A program made the translations under genes and the position numbers. The notes beneath the pieces are model-generated. The model was not told the origin of the DNA and did no database searches. It saw nothing but the letters and a program-made list of their open reading frames with translations. A stretch of DNA of 63,163 nucleotides, filler included, from Asterionella formosa (lineage: Eukaryota), in the NCBI GenBank assembly GCA_002256025.1. It is 20 parts of 20 records of this genome, joined end to end, with 100 filler letters (N's around TTAATTAATTAA, not from the genome) between each part and the next. Parts side by side here need not be neighbours in the genome. Positions count along the whole stretch, not along the records: positions 43,528 to 63,163 come from NKIB01003598.1; 19 more parts are not named here. One strand, given 5' to 3'. Shown in pieces: positions 48,154-61,683 of this stretch; position 1 is the stretch's first letter; the number at the start of each line of letters is the position of its first letter.

Positions 48154-51100
48154 ATGTCAGCTGCTGACACAGCATCCGCCGCGGCCCCGTCTCCGAACAA
48201 GAAGCGGCGGTTCGTTCCACCAGCAGTGGCGCCCAATCTAGCAACTGCCGCTGACTTACGTGTGCTGCATCAGAAGATCAACCTCTCCACTGTTCTTGTC
48301 CGGTCCACTGGGAAAGATCCGCAATGGCACTTCTACGGGTCTACAGTTCTGTATGTAGTCGACGAAGCCCCGGAGCCGAGTCAAAACATAGCTCTTCATC
48401 TTCGGGGCTTTTGTGTTATTTCGGAGCTTCATGTCGAGTGCCCGGCTAAAATCACACCGCCTGGAGAAAGCGTAGCAACTGTGGGACTCACCAAGTTGCC
48501 TGTCAGTTACCAACACGCAGATCCACTGATGCATGTGTTACTCAAGCCTCCGTCATCGTATACAGAGGACGATATTACCAACCTTCATAAGGACGCAGAT
48601 GCACAATGCAGTCGGGGGGCACAAGGAATGATGACCGGTTTGAGAGTGGCCAGTGTGGCCAGCAACATGGGAGAACTGCGCATGATGGTGTCGCATCCGA
48701 ACAAACCCAAAATTAGGATAGGACAGCCAAAACAAGAGGACGAACCAACTATTGTGCTTGATTTTACCCTGGAAGAGGCGCGGGCTGCATGGCATGACGA
48801 CTTAGTGCAAAATGATAACGGATCTGCAGTCAGAAATCTGCAAACAGAGCTTTGGAAGCGCTCAGAAGATCTCAGACAATCAAGAATCAAACGGGTTTCC
48901 GATGGAATGGCGGAAGCTACTGTCCCAACCGAGGGAGTGAACAATATTCGAGCTATGAAGATAACTGTGAATTACGAACTTCCGATTCATCATTTAAATT
49001 CACATTTAGCTGGTATTCACGTACATGCAAACAATACACCCCATATCTATACCACTGCTGGAGTTGTGGGTGATCATGAGGGAACACGCAGCTGGTTGCC
49101 ATGTTTGGACAGTGCCAATACGAGACATAGAGCATCTAGGGAAATTACCATTATGGCGACTGCTCCATTTAGAGATGGCATTCTTGTTGTTGGATGTGGT
49201 GAGGATTTCGGAGCGCGTGCTGCGTATTTGCATGATCAAAATATTACAGAAGCGACCACTTTGCATTTGGGAGACGAACATGTTGGTATTTTGAAGCGAA
49301 TTTGGGACAAAGAGATGTCAATCGAAGCGCTTCAAACAAAGCAGGGTTCGTTAACGCATGTCATTCCCCCAGATCAATCCAACAATGCAACAATGGACTC
49401 CATCTTGGCTACTTCTGTCTATTGTTCATATAATTGGACTCGTTGTCCCGCCAGATCCTTGGGTTTTGCCATTGGTCCTTTCCGCATTCTTGAGGATCCT
49501 GAATACTTTTCAATTGATGACAATGAAGGACCAGCTCAAGACGAGCGTCGAGTCGGGAAAGAAACCTTGGAAGTTTTGGAGATGGCGCGATCAAATGGCG
49601 AAGGTATTCGACAAGCTTACTTTGCTCCGTTATGTCTACGAAAGCATATACACAAAACGGCTAGTATGACTTTGCTTCCTGATGCTAAAATCATCCTTGC
49701 TCCACTTACTCGAAAACAAAAAGAAATCATCGAGACGTATGATGAAATCATCATAACATCCACGGTTGGAGTTCCACATCGGGCATTATCACTACTTTGT
49801 GATGTTCTGGCTCTTCCCGCCTATCGAACAGCTGCCTACACTCAGATTTGGATCCCAAACGCAGTTCATGGTGGTTCATCAAGTGGGGCTCTCCATTGTT
49901 GTGCTGATGTCCTCGTCAATCCTTTCTTAGGTGGTGCCATTATGGACTCAAGGTTACTGCCACCACCTGGTCACCGTCTTCCATTTCACGCTGGTGGACG
50001 AGTGCTCCAGTTTCTTCAAGCTCGTTGTGCGATTCGAGGATGGATTACGGCTGCTCTGCCCTTGGGAGGACGAGATGATGTCGGTTTCGGTTACATTTTC
50101 TCGCTTGTCGAGAGCTTCTTGATGAGCTTGTACGAACGAGGACACGGCTCCAATGGCGAAGGTGGTGCAAAGGGCGGTGTTTTCTACAACAAGCGTTATG
50201 CCCTTAGCAGTGGCTTGAACAGCCCGAATCTTGAATTCCTCCCACTAAACAATGTTGAAGAGATTGAGCTGGATCCCTTGGTGGCAGAGATGCTTGGTGC
50301 TGTGCCAATAGGTATGTGTATTCCTTACATTGTCCAAAGTTCCATGGATTTTACTAAGCTTTGGCTGTTCTTTTAGAGGATCGAAATAATGATCAAATGT
50401 GGCGAACAGCTACTAACGGAACTGAGTCTCATACTTCATCCATGGACGAATTCAGTATTCGCCAACTTTTGTTCAGAGACTCTGTCGAGGCACTTGAACG
50501 AGGCGACAAGTATGTGCCACTACCCTCGCCGGGGTGGTTGGGCTCGCATTTATCTCTTTCTTTCCTCTCCAGTAATTCGACCTCAAGTAGCGAAGTAGGA
50601 TGTGGTGCTGTTGAGTTGGTCCATCCAGTAGGTGGGCTAGTATACCGAGCACTGAAAGGTGAAGTTTTACGACGCATAGTCGAGGGCAGAGCGGGCGTCG
50701 CCAACTTTATACGATTTGTCAGAGCTGGATTCATTGCAGCTCATCTTGAAGATATTGGCCAACGGAAGCTCAATTGGGATGATCAGGTGGATAAGAAGCG
50801 AAAAAAAGAAAAGGAAGTCCCAGAAAACAGCGCAAAGGAAGTAATGAGGCCACCTAAAGAGCGACCAAGTATACGGCCATCTTTTGTCGTGTGTGTCGAT
50901 GAACTTATGAGAAAGAAGGGATTCACTCATAACTTGTGGACACGGGCGTTGCGCATTCTTGCTGGACCGATTCGTGAGCCAAACCTGCGTGGAACTCTTG
51001 TTGACGTCGAACGTGAAGTAAAAAGTACAACCACTCAGCGTCAATTTGTTGAGCCTGAAGGCTTCCCGAATTCTTTTGTCCGGGGTGCGTCGCAGCTTTA

Positions 51101-53926
51101 TTTGCGTGTTGGTGCGCATGTAGAGCAGGTAGGCGAAACAGCTGGCAATGCCTCCGGAGCGGGTGTGAAAGGAATTCAGCTTCATCTTTTATCAGAGCCT
51201 GTTATCCCAGAGGGAGGAATTTCTTTCGATGGCCCAATAACAGTACGTGTTGTCGAGAATGAAGGACAACTACGAGAATTTGTCCGGACCTTGTCTAGCG
51301 ATGGCAGTAGGTGTGAATGGGGACCAATTTTTCTTCACGCAAAACCGGTAACGACAGCAAGACAGCAAACTGCTGCAAGTGGTGCGATTGAACCAGGCAC
51401 AGCGAGCACAAAGGACGGCAAAGAAAAGGTGACAAGCGGAAATGAACGAGACACTCCATTGCCAAAGTCGTTGTTTGCTGACAATACCTCTGGGGGAGTA
51501 TTTACGGAAGCGTTACTGCATTGTGGAGGTTATCAAGCAATTGAGCTTGTTCGCCTAACCAACAGAACGCCCCTTCTGTGGGTTCGCGTTGATCCGATGG
51601 GGCTCTTTTGTGGTCGAATCTCTGTTTTCCAACCCGACGCTTGTCTTGCAGAGCAACTTTTTCATGATGGTGATGCTGGTGCTCAAGTCGACGCAATAAG
51701 ATCACTTGCTGAAAGACCGCTACGAATTCAAGGTTCGGTTAAAATTGCAGCTGTCTTCGATGCTCACGTTGCAGAGCTTCCTGTTCGTCTTCTTGGTGAC
51801 TGCTTACGAGGCTCGCCAGCCCTTTGCAATGCACTGCCCCATACTCCCGCTGTAAGGGTTCAAGCTGCATATGCCATAGCGCAATGGCAGAACAACAAAG
51901 CACCTGCATCTAAGGATTCTACTGGGGCAGAGTTGTGGCTTGGAGTCAACCTTTTGATTCAGTATTTCAATGAGCGATTCAACAACAATGGAATAATTGT
52001 GCCAATAAAATTCAATCGAATTGCTTTGAAGAAGAACGAGGAGGAATCAAGAACTGCTGCTGGTGCTGAAGGTGGTGCGGGACAAGGGAATGCTGCCATA
52101 CAAGATGAATACCATTATCTTGATTCAGTTGCTGAGGAAGACAAGATCAGTGCTATCCTTGAGGCGGAAGAGATAGACACTGAAGAGGATGAGGAATATC
52201 GTGTTCGGTCCGCGGTAGTGACAGCAATTTCTTCGGTACGCGCCAAAGATGGCATGACACCAAAGGTGGTCCTTCAATTTCTTGAAGCTGTCTTGAATTC
52301 TGGGGATGCTTCAATGGTTGGAACATTAGAAACGCAAGAGGAGGACGAAATGCTGAGTGAAGTGGCTCAACAACGAAAGAAAAAGAAAGATGGGGCGATG
52401 CTGCATGCGAAGGTCGATGTTCGTGATGGAAAGATAAATAGTTTGACTCATGTATCAAGTATGATTCTGGCGGATGCCTTACTCTCTCTGTGCAATATCA
52501 ACGTTTCCCCTGATACTATTGTTGATCCAATTACCGGGAATCAAATTCAGTCAAAAGCAAAGCATCCAGTGACTTCGCTTTTGGAATCCAGTCGTCGCTG
52601 GCTTGAATGGGAGCTCTATCGAGAATCGATAAGACTAAAAACTTCACAGGATACCTTGACAGGTGTGGGTGGAGGCTGCCATGATGCAATTGCCGCATGT
52701 GCCATCATAGCCTTGAGTTCACTTAACATCCTTCGCCAGTGTACCACTGATGCTAGTAATGCGAAAGAGATCATTGGTGATGTTGATAGAGTTGACCCCG
52801 CATCCACAGCTCAGTTTTACATCAACATTTTTGATGAGAAACCTTGCCGATCTGATGTAACTAGAGCTGCCGCTGCACAAGCTGTCGCATGCGTATGTTG
52901 TGCTGCTGACAGGGACGACGACGAAACAACTGTCCCACTTGGGTTACTCACTAGTTTCGAGTTTTTATTAAATCGCATCCTTGGTAAGCTCGCTTACGTT
53001 CCATTTTGCAACGAAAACAATGGTAATGCCTTCTCCTTCCTAACCCCTCCTTCTTTTCAGATCCAAGCATATCTCCTGGATTGCGACAAACTCTTGCACT
53101 TCTTATGCTCGACACTTGCACAGGGAAGGTGTGTTCGATGCAACGAGTGGGTGTAATTGGCGGACGGGGCGATCTTTGCACAACAGCAGCTCGTTTTTTC
53201 GGTGGCCCCTTGGGAGGCACTAATGGTGGTGACAATGGAAGTACGATGCTTACCGCTGTTTCGGCTGCTTCATACCCTGCGGCCAATGCTGTCAATGACG
53301 GGGCACGTCGAGGCCTAAGAATGCTCAAGTTAGTTGGACGACATGATGATACTACTGACAAAATCGTTGTTCGGGTTGCGATTTTCGCCACAAAGTTTTG
53401 GCGCACCCTCAACGGTGATTCTTGCAGCGATGGCACTGCAGTTGATGGTGTGTGTGCTGGAGATGCGCAGCTTCGGTGTTCGCTTTTAAGCCTGTGGCAG
53501 TGGATTTGGCCGAAAAGCTGTTTTGCGCTACTCCGTGTTCAAGGTTGGAAGTCCGCCGCAAGCACCCCTCGCTATAAAGAAATCGGCGCACATTTCGTAA
53601 TGAAAGTGTCGGAAGAGGAACGACAAGCATCCAGTATGGAAGAAGCGGCATATGCTCCCTTCAACAAGGTAGTGCAGAGTGAAATAGATCGACAACTGTG
53701 GCGTGGAGAAATGGCAATACAGGCATATGAATATCACGGTACTGACAAGAGAGGAAACCAAATCAAAGATGATGGGATCGGAGAGCCACTACCACCGGTC
53801 CAACGAGATGAGGCTTTCAAAAGCGGAGGTTGGTTAGCCGCAACTGCTCGGCAACGACGAGCTATGGCTCTTGATGGTGGTCAGGCTATGACAGTTAAGC
53901 TGTCGGTAAAACGATCTGGTGATTGA
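48154..53926 (+). CDS. TAF2: TFIID subunit 2 (aminopeptidase-fold); exons 48154-50311, 50377-52983, 53061-53926; 1876 aa
   Basis: Two GT-AG introns (50312-50376 and 52984-53060) join three long ORFs in frame. TAF2-type motifs RSWLPCLD, LLWVRVDP, EQLFHDGDAGAQVDAI and VRVQAAYAIA. No HEXXH. NLS-like PNKKRR. Confidence 0.88.
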
Positions 53927-53995
53927 TAACCACTTCCTCAAAGTGTGTTCGCCTGGAGAGTCATAATCCAAATCTAGATTTCTTCATTACATACC

Positions 53996-55708
53996 TTATA
54001 CCGTTTTCTTCGTGCTGTCATTCAATAGGATCGACGCAAATTCAAAGCCCATGGCGGCGCATGTTATTCCAGTTGGTCCAGTAATAGTGGAAGGGAAGAC
54101 GGACGCGTCACAAACACGCAAACCCTTCAAGTTCCTCACTTTCAAGCTGCTAGTAACAACCCAATCGACCCGTCCTTCAATTTCCATTGAACACGTCCCA
54201 CACCAATGAAAATATGGGAGGCAGGAATTGATTGCAAAATGCCGAAACCAGTCAGTTCCAAATGCGTCTTTGATGACCTTCCCAGGTAGCACTTCGATCC
54301 CTTGTTGAAGCCAGGCGTTGCAGTATTTATGGCAAAGAATCCATCCTTTCTGTAGTGCTTCTATATCAGCCACGTCCGTAAGGTAGCAAGAGTTAACATT
54401 CACAATAACGTCCTTTCTCCTCAAGGGTTCTGAGGAGGAGCGAGTCTGTTTCCTTTTCAGCCAAACATTTCCTTTTGATTTTGGATTCATGAGCTTAACA
54501 TTCATCCCGAAGGTACAGTGACGTGAAATATAGTAAATTGGTCCGTATTTAATCACTACACGAAACACAAACTGCATTATGTACACGAGGACATCCGTCA
54601 GTCGGGTCAGAAATTCTGATTCAAACTTCCGTCGAAACTGGTTTGCGAGTATGTATGGTGCTAATTGCGTCAAGCATGCGGAATCAGTGAGCGCCATTTG
54701 AAAGCGGTTTTCTCCGCAAGATAATTGCATCAAAGCCTGAATAGTATTGGGGGATTGAGAATATGATGTCCATTGTGTTAGAATAATCTTTGGGACTATT
54801 GGGTGGTCCATCAAGTTTTGCCCCACCCCCATCGCCGATCCCTTCATATGAGCCTTGATGCCAGCCTTGTCTAGATCTTCATCCCTACCAAGCCCTGAAA
54901 CTAAAAGTAGAGCTGCCGACTCAAAGGCTCCAGCGCAGATAATTACTTCTCGTTTTGCATAAATGTTAAAAATGCCTTCCCTCTTCGAGTAACATTCAAC
55001 TCCGGTAGTGCAGTCGCCCTTGAAGAGCAAACGTTGCGCTTCTGTGTTTTTGTACCAGCTGATGCAGCTCTTAAGGCAAAAGTTCGCATTGAGCAGCGGT
55101 TCAATCAAGGCTTCGTGGTAGTTCTTCCTTGTGAATTTGCCTCCTTCTGTCTTGCTGGCCGTGAATTGCAAGTTGGTCACCAGTTGCGGATAAAGCGCCT
55201 CCGTCCACAGTGAATTCCCCAGAGGCTCCATCAGATCCGCGTTCGATTCTAGAATAGATAGCATGGAAGGAACTGAAGTTTCGTGACGCACCACGGCCTC
55301 GTTATCAAACATAATATTAATGATCGACTTGACTGAACCCATCATGGATGTCTTCCAGGGATCGGGCCACACTTCGAAATCAGCAGATGCCGGAGGAGTG
55401 CACAAGCACGCATTGATATTCGTTGACCCGCCCAGGCCGCTGCCTGTTGGAATTTCAACTACACGGTTGCCAATTGTCGTTGTTAATAGTGTCACACTTG
55501 ATGATGGAGTTGTCGCAGCGTCGGGCCAGTCTTTGGGTGACATCGTCGTCGGGCTATGCGGGGGTCCATGCCCTCTTTCGATCACAGCGATGGTGAAGGT
55601 AGGTACTTTCGTCTCAGCTTTCGTCAAGAGACCGAGCAAGAGACCCATCGATGACGCTCCTGCGCCGACAATTACAAAGTCGAATTCATTCTTCTGTTCG
55701 TCCTTCAT
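53996..55708 (-). CDS. GMC (glucose-methanol-choline) oxidoreductase, 570 aa
   Basis: FDFVIVGAGASS FAD motif, GSGLGGSTNINA, VGQNLMDHP, FHWCGTCSM and GLRVCDASVFP. Confidence 0.95.
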   Translation of the reverse strand: MKDEQKNEFDFVIVGAGASSMGLLLGLLTKAETKVPTFTIAVIERGHGPPHSPTTMSPKDWPDAATTPSSSVTLLTTTIGNRVVEIPTGSGLGGSTNINACLCTPPASADFEVWPDPWKTSMMGSVKSIINIMFDNEAVVRHETSVPSMLSILESNADLMEPLGNSLWTEALYPQLVTNLQFTASKTEGGKFTRKNYHEALIEPLLNANFCLKSCISWYKNTEAQRLLFKGDCTTGVECYSKREGIFNIYAKREVIICAGAFESAALLLVSGLGRDEDLDKAGIKAHMKGSAMGVGQNLMDHPIVPKIILTQWTSYSQSPNTIQALMQLSCGENRFQMALTDSACLTQLAPYILANQFRRKFESEFLTRLTDVLVYIMQFVFRVVIKYGPIYYISRHCTFGMNVKLMNPKSKGNVWLKRKQTRSSSEPLRRKDVIVNVNSCYLTDVADIEALQKGWILCHKYCNAWLQQGIEVLPGKVIKDAFGTDWFRHFAINSCLPYFHWCGTCSMEIEGRVDWVVTSSLKVRNLKGLRVCDASVFPSTITGPTGITCAAMGFEFASILLNDSTKKTV

Positions 55709-56012
55709 TTCAGATTCCGTTGTCGTTCCATAGGGGACGATGCACTTCGAACTGATGTTTAGAAATCGCGCTGCACCTACAGTGTGGAGTCAGACAAGCG
55801 CAGTCGTAAATACTACCGGAATTCTTCCGCTTCTCAAGAACCTGATATTGATCAACCAGATCAATGATCTAAACCTGGTGTCGTGGTTTGTGAATACACT
55901 ACTGTACTTACTACCGGTTTTAAAATAGTTATTAACATCATTATTTTTTGTTCCAAGGGTAAATGTGGTTCGTTTTGAACGATGAGATGCATAACCTTGC
56001 ACCTGGTACCAG

Positions 56013-56114
56013 GTAACTGCAAGTTGCGGTATTTATGCTGAAAGGAAAGGTTTAGCTATCTTTATCCGAAATTGAATTGTTTATTTAAGCGATATGACCT
56101 CAACTTGCTGGTAC
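56013..56114. mobile_element. About 100-bp TA-flanked MITE, copy 2
   Basis: Homolog of 3440-3542. Directly abuts the palindrome ACCTGGTACCAGGT (56001-56014). Confidence 0.75.
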
Positions 56115-58031
56115 TTCCTATGTACAACTATTGTTCCGACACGATGAGCGACTAACCTAGCTCGATCCACGTGCTTCAAAGAAGCCCTCTGTAGAAGCAA
56201 TAAATATTTTCTACGCGAGTCGGTTAGATTTGTATATTTAGGTGAGTACCGGCATAACGCTAAATAGCAATACATGAGCAGCGTTTAGGCTTTTGAATTT
56301 ACTTGAATTTCGCTAGCCAGCATAATTGTTGTGCTCTACATGGAGTAGTATGCAATAATCAAGATTGGCTGACTGCAAATGCAACAAACAAGAGTAAAAA
56401 TACTACCTTGCTAAATGAAAATTTGGCATCACGGCCACACAAAATGAACATCGATGGGCAATCTTGGGCCTCAAGGCCAACAACAATGGCCATTCTTGTG
56501 ACCTTATCCATGGAAGTGGCCGAAATATAGTGCCAGGCAGCATAATTGGATTTCTTGAAGTCAGTGTTGTCAATGAATTGACAGACAAAGGAGAGACTGC
56601 TATTGCAGTTATTTTGTTGAGGGACAACAGAGAAGTCACAAGGGAGAATGGCAAGGCTTGTTTTGTTGTGTTGGCTTTCTTGGCAGAAATTTGATCAAAT
56701 ATGCTCCTCTTTACATTGGGAGGTATGCTGAGGTGCAGGAGTTGTTGGAAATTTTCTTTGGATGTCTCTATGAGATGCAAGAGCAAACATGGATTTGGAG
56801 TAGGAACTTTTTCTTTTTCCAATGAAATTATTAAACTGGATAAGGTTAAACATGATGTTATTGGCGATGAGAATATCAAGCCATCTAGGAAAATTAAGAA
56901 TAAAGAATACAAAGTACTGGTAGAGGAGGTTGTAGAAATAGAATAGTATATTAATCTTAATGAATTAGACTCATACTTTTCGACTTGAAGTTTTCATTCT
57001 CTATCTTTCATAGTATGAAGCAAAGTAAATCTATGGTAGATATAAACATAATGTACAGACATAAAACAAAACCATTCTATTTGTTCATGACGGGAAGGTA
57101 GGTTGTTCCTTTGCAGCCACTAGGGCGCCAGGTGCCAAAACCCCTCAATCGTAGAATGAAAACAAAAACAATAAACTAATCCTCATTGTGAATCGCCAAA
57201 ATCCCACCATTGTCCTCAATTTAATTCTAACTGACCATCATTTCACCCAGACAAATCAAACAGGGGGCACCCTCCTCCTGCCATCTGCCCATGTCGACCT
57301 CCATTCCACTGGCCCTTCTTGACCCCTGGCTCGACAACCCTCTCGATGTACGGGGGAGAACCTGTTATGGTAGATCAGCAAAATTCACTTTTATGCTACA
57401 AGTTCTCAGCTTTCCACAACCCTTACTGACCTTATGGCTGCTGCCAGCATTATCGACTTCTTCTTCCTTGAACACTTCATCACCAAGCCTTTCTCAGTTA
57501 AGATTGACACTATCAACCTTAATGCTTTCTCACTCCACTGTAACAACATGTTCAAACTTTAAGTCATCCCCAAAGAATGGAAACCAGATCAGAGCCTTGC
57601 CGACTTCCCCATTACGGATTTGCTGAAGGCAAGACACGCCAACGATGGTCTTTTGCCTGCAAGTTTACATGTGTGCGAGGCTGGGTGGCGAAAGTAGGTT
57701 GACCATATAAGTGGCGCCCCCTGTCTACAAGCTCATAATCTCTCTTTAAGGGTCCGATAACCGAATGAATCAGCCGGTGCGAAGTCCGACTTGATTACTT
57801 ACATGGATCAATTATCAAAAAGGAAAGGTATAAACATATAATCCTTAGATAAGTGATCTTAAATGCAGGCTTCTGATCCATCGCTAGCGCCTCCTCATTC
57901 AAACAGCCAGTCACCCATACCACAACAGATAGTAGGCCAGTCTACTTCATTCAATTTTACTTAGTAGGGTCCAGGAATATGGTGAAATTTCCCTTATATT
58001 AGACTTGAGTAAATTTTACTAGCTCTGCAGG

Positions 58032-58740
58032 ATGGCGCGCTTTCTTCCGTAAAGTGGAAAATGAGAAAGCTTTTCATCTTGCAAGAAAAACGTGACACCA
58101 CGGATGAAGCATGTGAACTCCCCAGCAACATCAAGGCTGTTGCATGTAAGTTTGGCATTGGCGCCACCCAAATTCATTGCTGGAAAGCAAACTTTCATGG
58201 TTTCAACAATCTTTATTCCAATGCAGAGGCTTATTGTCAGATGTGGGTTGTCTTCAATTGAAAAGCAGACTTTTCATTTAGGCAAGCCACATAGCATTAA
58301 TGCAGCTGAATTTGCTGCAATTCGTCTTGTGTATGATCAGCTTTGTGCTGACAATCATGATTGTTTGGTCATGTTGCTTGCTGCTGAGCTGAAGCGCTTG
58401 TCATAACATGTTGTTAGCTTGAGCATCTTTCAACAGCATATCTTGTTGGTGTGCATCTCAAAACATTGTGTATTGCCATATTACCCACAAGGCGAAAAAC
58501 AAGTGCAGTGAACTGAGCATCATGCAGAAGTATCTCCAATACATAAAAGCGCAGTTTCTTGAAGGATTGTATCGTCCTCCTAATATCATAAATATAGATG
58601 AGACAACATTTACATTGATATGGTGGGTGGGTGAGCTCTCACTAGCTGATAGAGGTGCAAAAACTGCCTCAAAAACCATCAGTGTATGCACCAATGTGGG
58701 TAGTAGTAGCATGCTTTCAACAGAGTTTTTGGTGTTTCCG
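58032..58740 (+). mobile_element. pogo-like (Tc1/mariner superfamily) transposase pseudogene
   Basis: HTH-like NIKAVACKFGIGATQIHCWK, then ITHKA and IINIDET (first Asp of the pogo DDD domain). Frameshifted and truncated. Confidence 0.72.
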
Positions 58741-59093
58741 GGTCTGTCTCGTCTAATAGGGACCTGGTACCATGATAGTAGTGTCTAACATTGAAAATTA
58801 AAGTCTATATCTTTTAAGAGCTTATGATATTGAGGAATAAAAAGTAAGGTATGTTAGCTCTGGTATACATGATTGAGAATATTATTTGTTGATGAAGGAT
58901 TTGCATAAACCTTTCATACGAAACGTGATTTCAAAAAGACGGAATTAGTTATTCCATTTTCAGGTAGCAAGTGTCACAATGACGAAAATATGTGGTATAA
59001 TACAGAGTGGACCTCAAGAAATCATAGATACGAATAATGTAGTGTTCCATTTCAGTAGCAGTATCGACGTAGTGTCATGCACAATCACTCAAG

Positions 59094-61652
59094 TCAAGAT
59101 GATCGCTGCTGACGTTGATCCGTTGGCATTGCAGTTGGTTTCACATTAATGGCGTCGCCTTTTGCAATGCCCCAATCGTCACCGAAAGCACTGTAAGTAC
59201 AACTGTGAATTGGGACGTGCAAATGGGCTCGGACCACAGCGCTGTGCCTTCGGAACAAGCTCTGAAGTCCAGGCATTGTGAGCTGCTTTTCAAAGTTGGA
59301 GAGTGGAGCGGGATGAACATATAACATTGGGGCTCCTTCAGGTATTGTACTACCGACACTTCTTCCTTGACTGGAGTTAGAATGAGAATGATGAGAACTA
59401 TGGCGATGACGTTGATGGCGGCCATCTAGGTGCTTCTTGGTTTGATGAAGAATAGAGTCGGAAGAATGAAAGTAAGGACAAATATCGCCCAAGATACATC
59501 CATGGCCTTGTGGGCTTGTGGCAACGCAGACGTTGACCTTGTAATGGTCCGGGTGGTACAACATTTCTTCCCTCGAATGGCAAAATTGACAGTCTACGCC
59601 TCGTCCACATGCATTGATCATGAAATCTTTATGGCCGGGACGCTTATCCCCGACGGTAATCAGTGATTTGCATAATTCATGAAAATAGTTGTGCACAGAT
59701 GGATCTCGGCGAAGCCAGCCTCCGTTAACTTCAACATGAGCAAATCCACAAAGGCTGTGATCATGGTCGTACCGTTTGGCGCACCATGTGGTACGAAAAT
59801 TCTGAGACTCGTCTTGGTTCATACGACCGAGGTGGTCGTATTGCTTGGTTGTTGCGGTTTGCCCCTTGATTCCTATTTCAGACCCACCCCACATCATTGG
59901 AGTGTCCAGAGCATCTTTTCCAAAGAATGCTCGCCATTCATGTGCAGTGAGCTGCAACTTGGACGCATTTGCGGTGTCTCGAATGAATTCATTGTGGCAT
60001 CGGAAGACATCTTCGGCAGAGCGGACGTTCTCATTGAAGCACAATAGCACAGCTCGCTTCCCTTCGGGATCCATATCCCCAAGCTTCCCATCGATTGGAG
60101 AAAAGCGAGGGGACGCTTGTGGTGAAGAAGGCATGGTCTTCTTGTCATTTTCGTCCTCCGTGTCTGCTGCATTCAACACTGTTTCTTTATCAACTTTGAT
60201 ATCGTTCCAAGGTGGCGGGAGACTTGAAAGGAGAGTCGCACTATCTCTAGCACCTTCTCCAAACACGGTAATGAACGCTTCGCCATTCTCTTCCGAACCA
60301 TCTGGACGAGGGATAATGTAGTGGAAGCAGCTGTTGAGAATTATCTGCATACATCTATTTACTTTTGTTCGAGTAATTGTGCCTGAATCAATCTTGCTGG
60401 CCACACATGCATGAACTCCCGACTGCAGCTGTTGCCTTGAAAAGTACCCATAAGCCAAAGCAAGCTCACGTCCAACAAGCCATGTCACCAAAGCCACAGC
60501 GCGAGATGTATCCGGCTCATACAAGCATGCCTTCTTCCTGAGCAGAGTCTTCAAAATTTCGGAAGCAGACCGAGGTGGATTGGCTCCACCAAGTGGTCCT
60601 ACAGCTGGGTTCATTGGTGAAGCTCCGGTTGGTAGACGATTAGTAGGCTGTCCTGGGCGAGGATTACGAGAACGAGGTGGTGTCATTGAAGCAACTTGAG
60701 CATGGGTAGTGTACTGAGCCTTCGCTCGAGGAGGAAGACCTTGCGGACGGTATAGGTGACTATTGTCTTGTTGGATGGTATGCCCATGAGCATGCTGTCC
60801 CATAAAATGCTGCTGTTCTCCAAACCTCCGTTGCTGATTCCATGCCTCTGTATGTGCGAGTTGCGAATGGTTATAGGAATCTAGTTGTCCTTCTGGTCTG
60901 AAAGTAGCTACTCTTGCAACAGAGTTGGAAGACGTGCCCCATGCATCGTGTCCATGTGGTGAAGGAGCAGGTCCGAACTTCGGAGATACGTTTAGAGTTT
61001 GCCTTGCCCACTGGTTCCGTTGAGGCAAAGGATGAACAGATTGAAAAGAAAGCGCCATAGTATTTGCATCATGTTGATGCAACCCGGCCGCAGAGTCCCA
61101 TGATGCGCTCCGACCATGCCCAGTGTTGACATTAGACACTGTCGTGGGAGTTGGTTCAATCCTCAAAGCCGACATAACAACAGAATTTCTGGGGACGATC
61201 ATGGGTGGATTCACTATCAGTGATTCATCCATCTTCAGTGAAAGCCTCTCCAATAGTGCGAAGTCGTCTGTTCCGTCCGCTGATACATCATCTGTTGAAA
61301 AAGCAGTTGACACTGTGGATGGAGTTCCAATTGCTGTCAAGCTATGTCGGCCCCCAGGTTCCATGAGATCGGCATATAGAGGAATGAAAGTGGGACTCAT
61401 TGTAGTGGCACTAGCTGTTGATGCTGCTGAACACCCGTCTTCGTCCCGGTCCTTTCGCTCTGAATTTGCTTGAAATGGTGTAATATCTGCTTTCATTGCT
61501 GCGCTTTGTCCCCAAGGTGCTGAATGAATCGTATTAGTATATCCCATGTCTGATCCCGGCTTCTGGTCTACCGAGTCCTCAAAATCGTTGATGTCTATGA
61601 GTGCCTGCGTCGTTTCGTCCTTATAAACCGCTTGGTCGTCAAGCTGATCACT

Positions 61653-61683
<31 letters not shown>

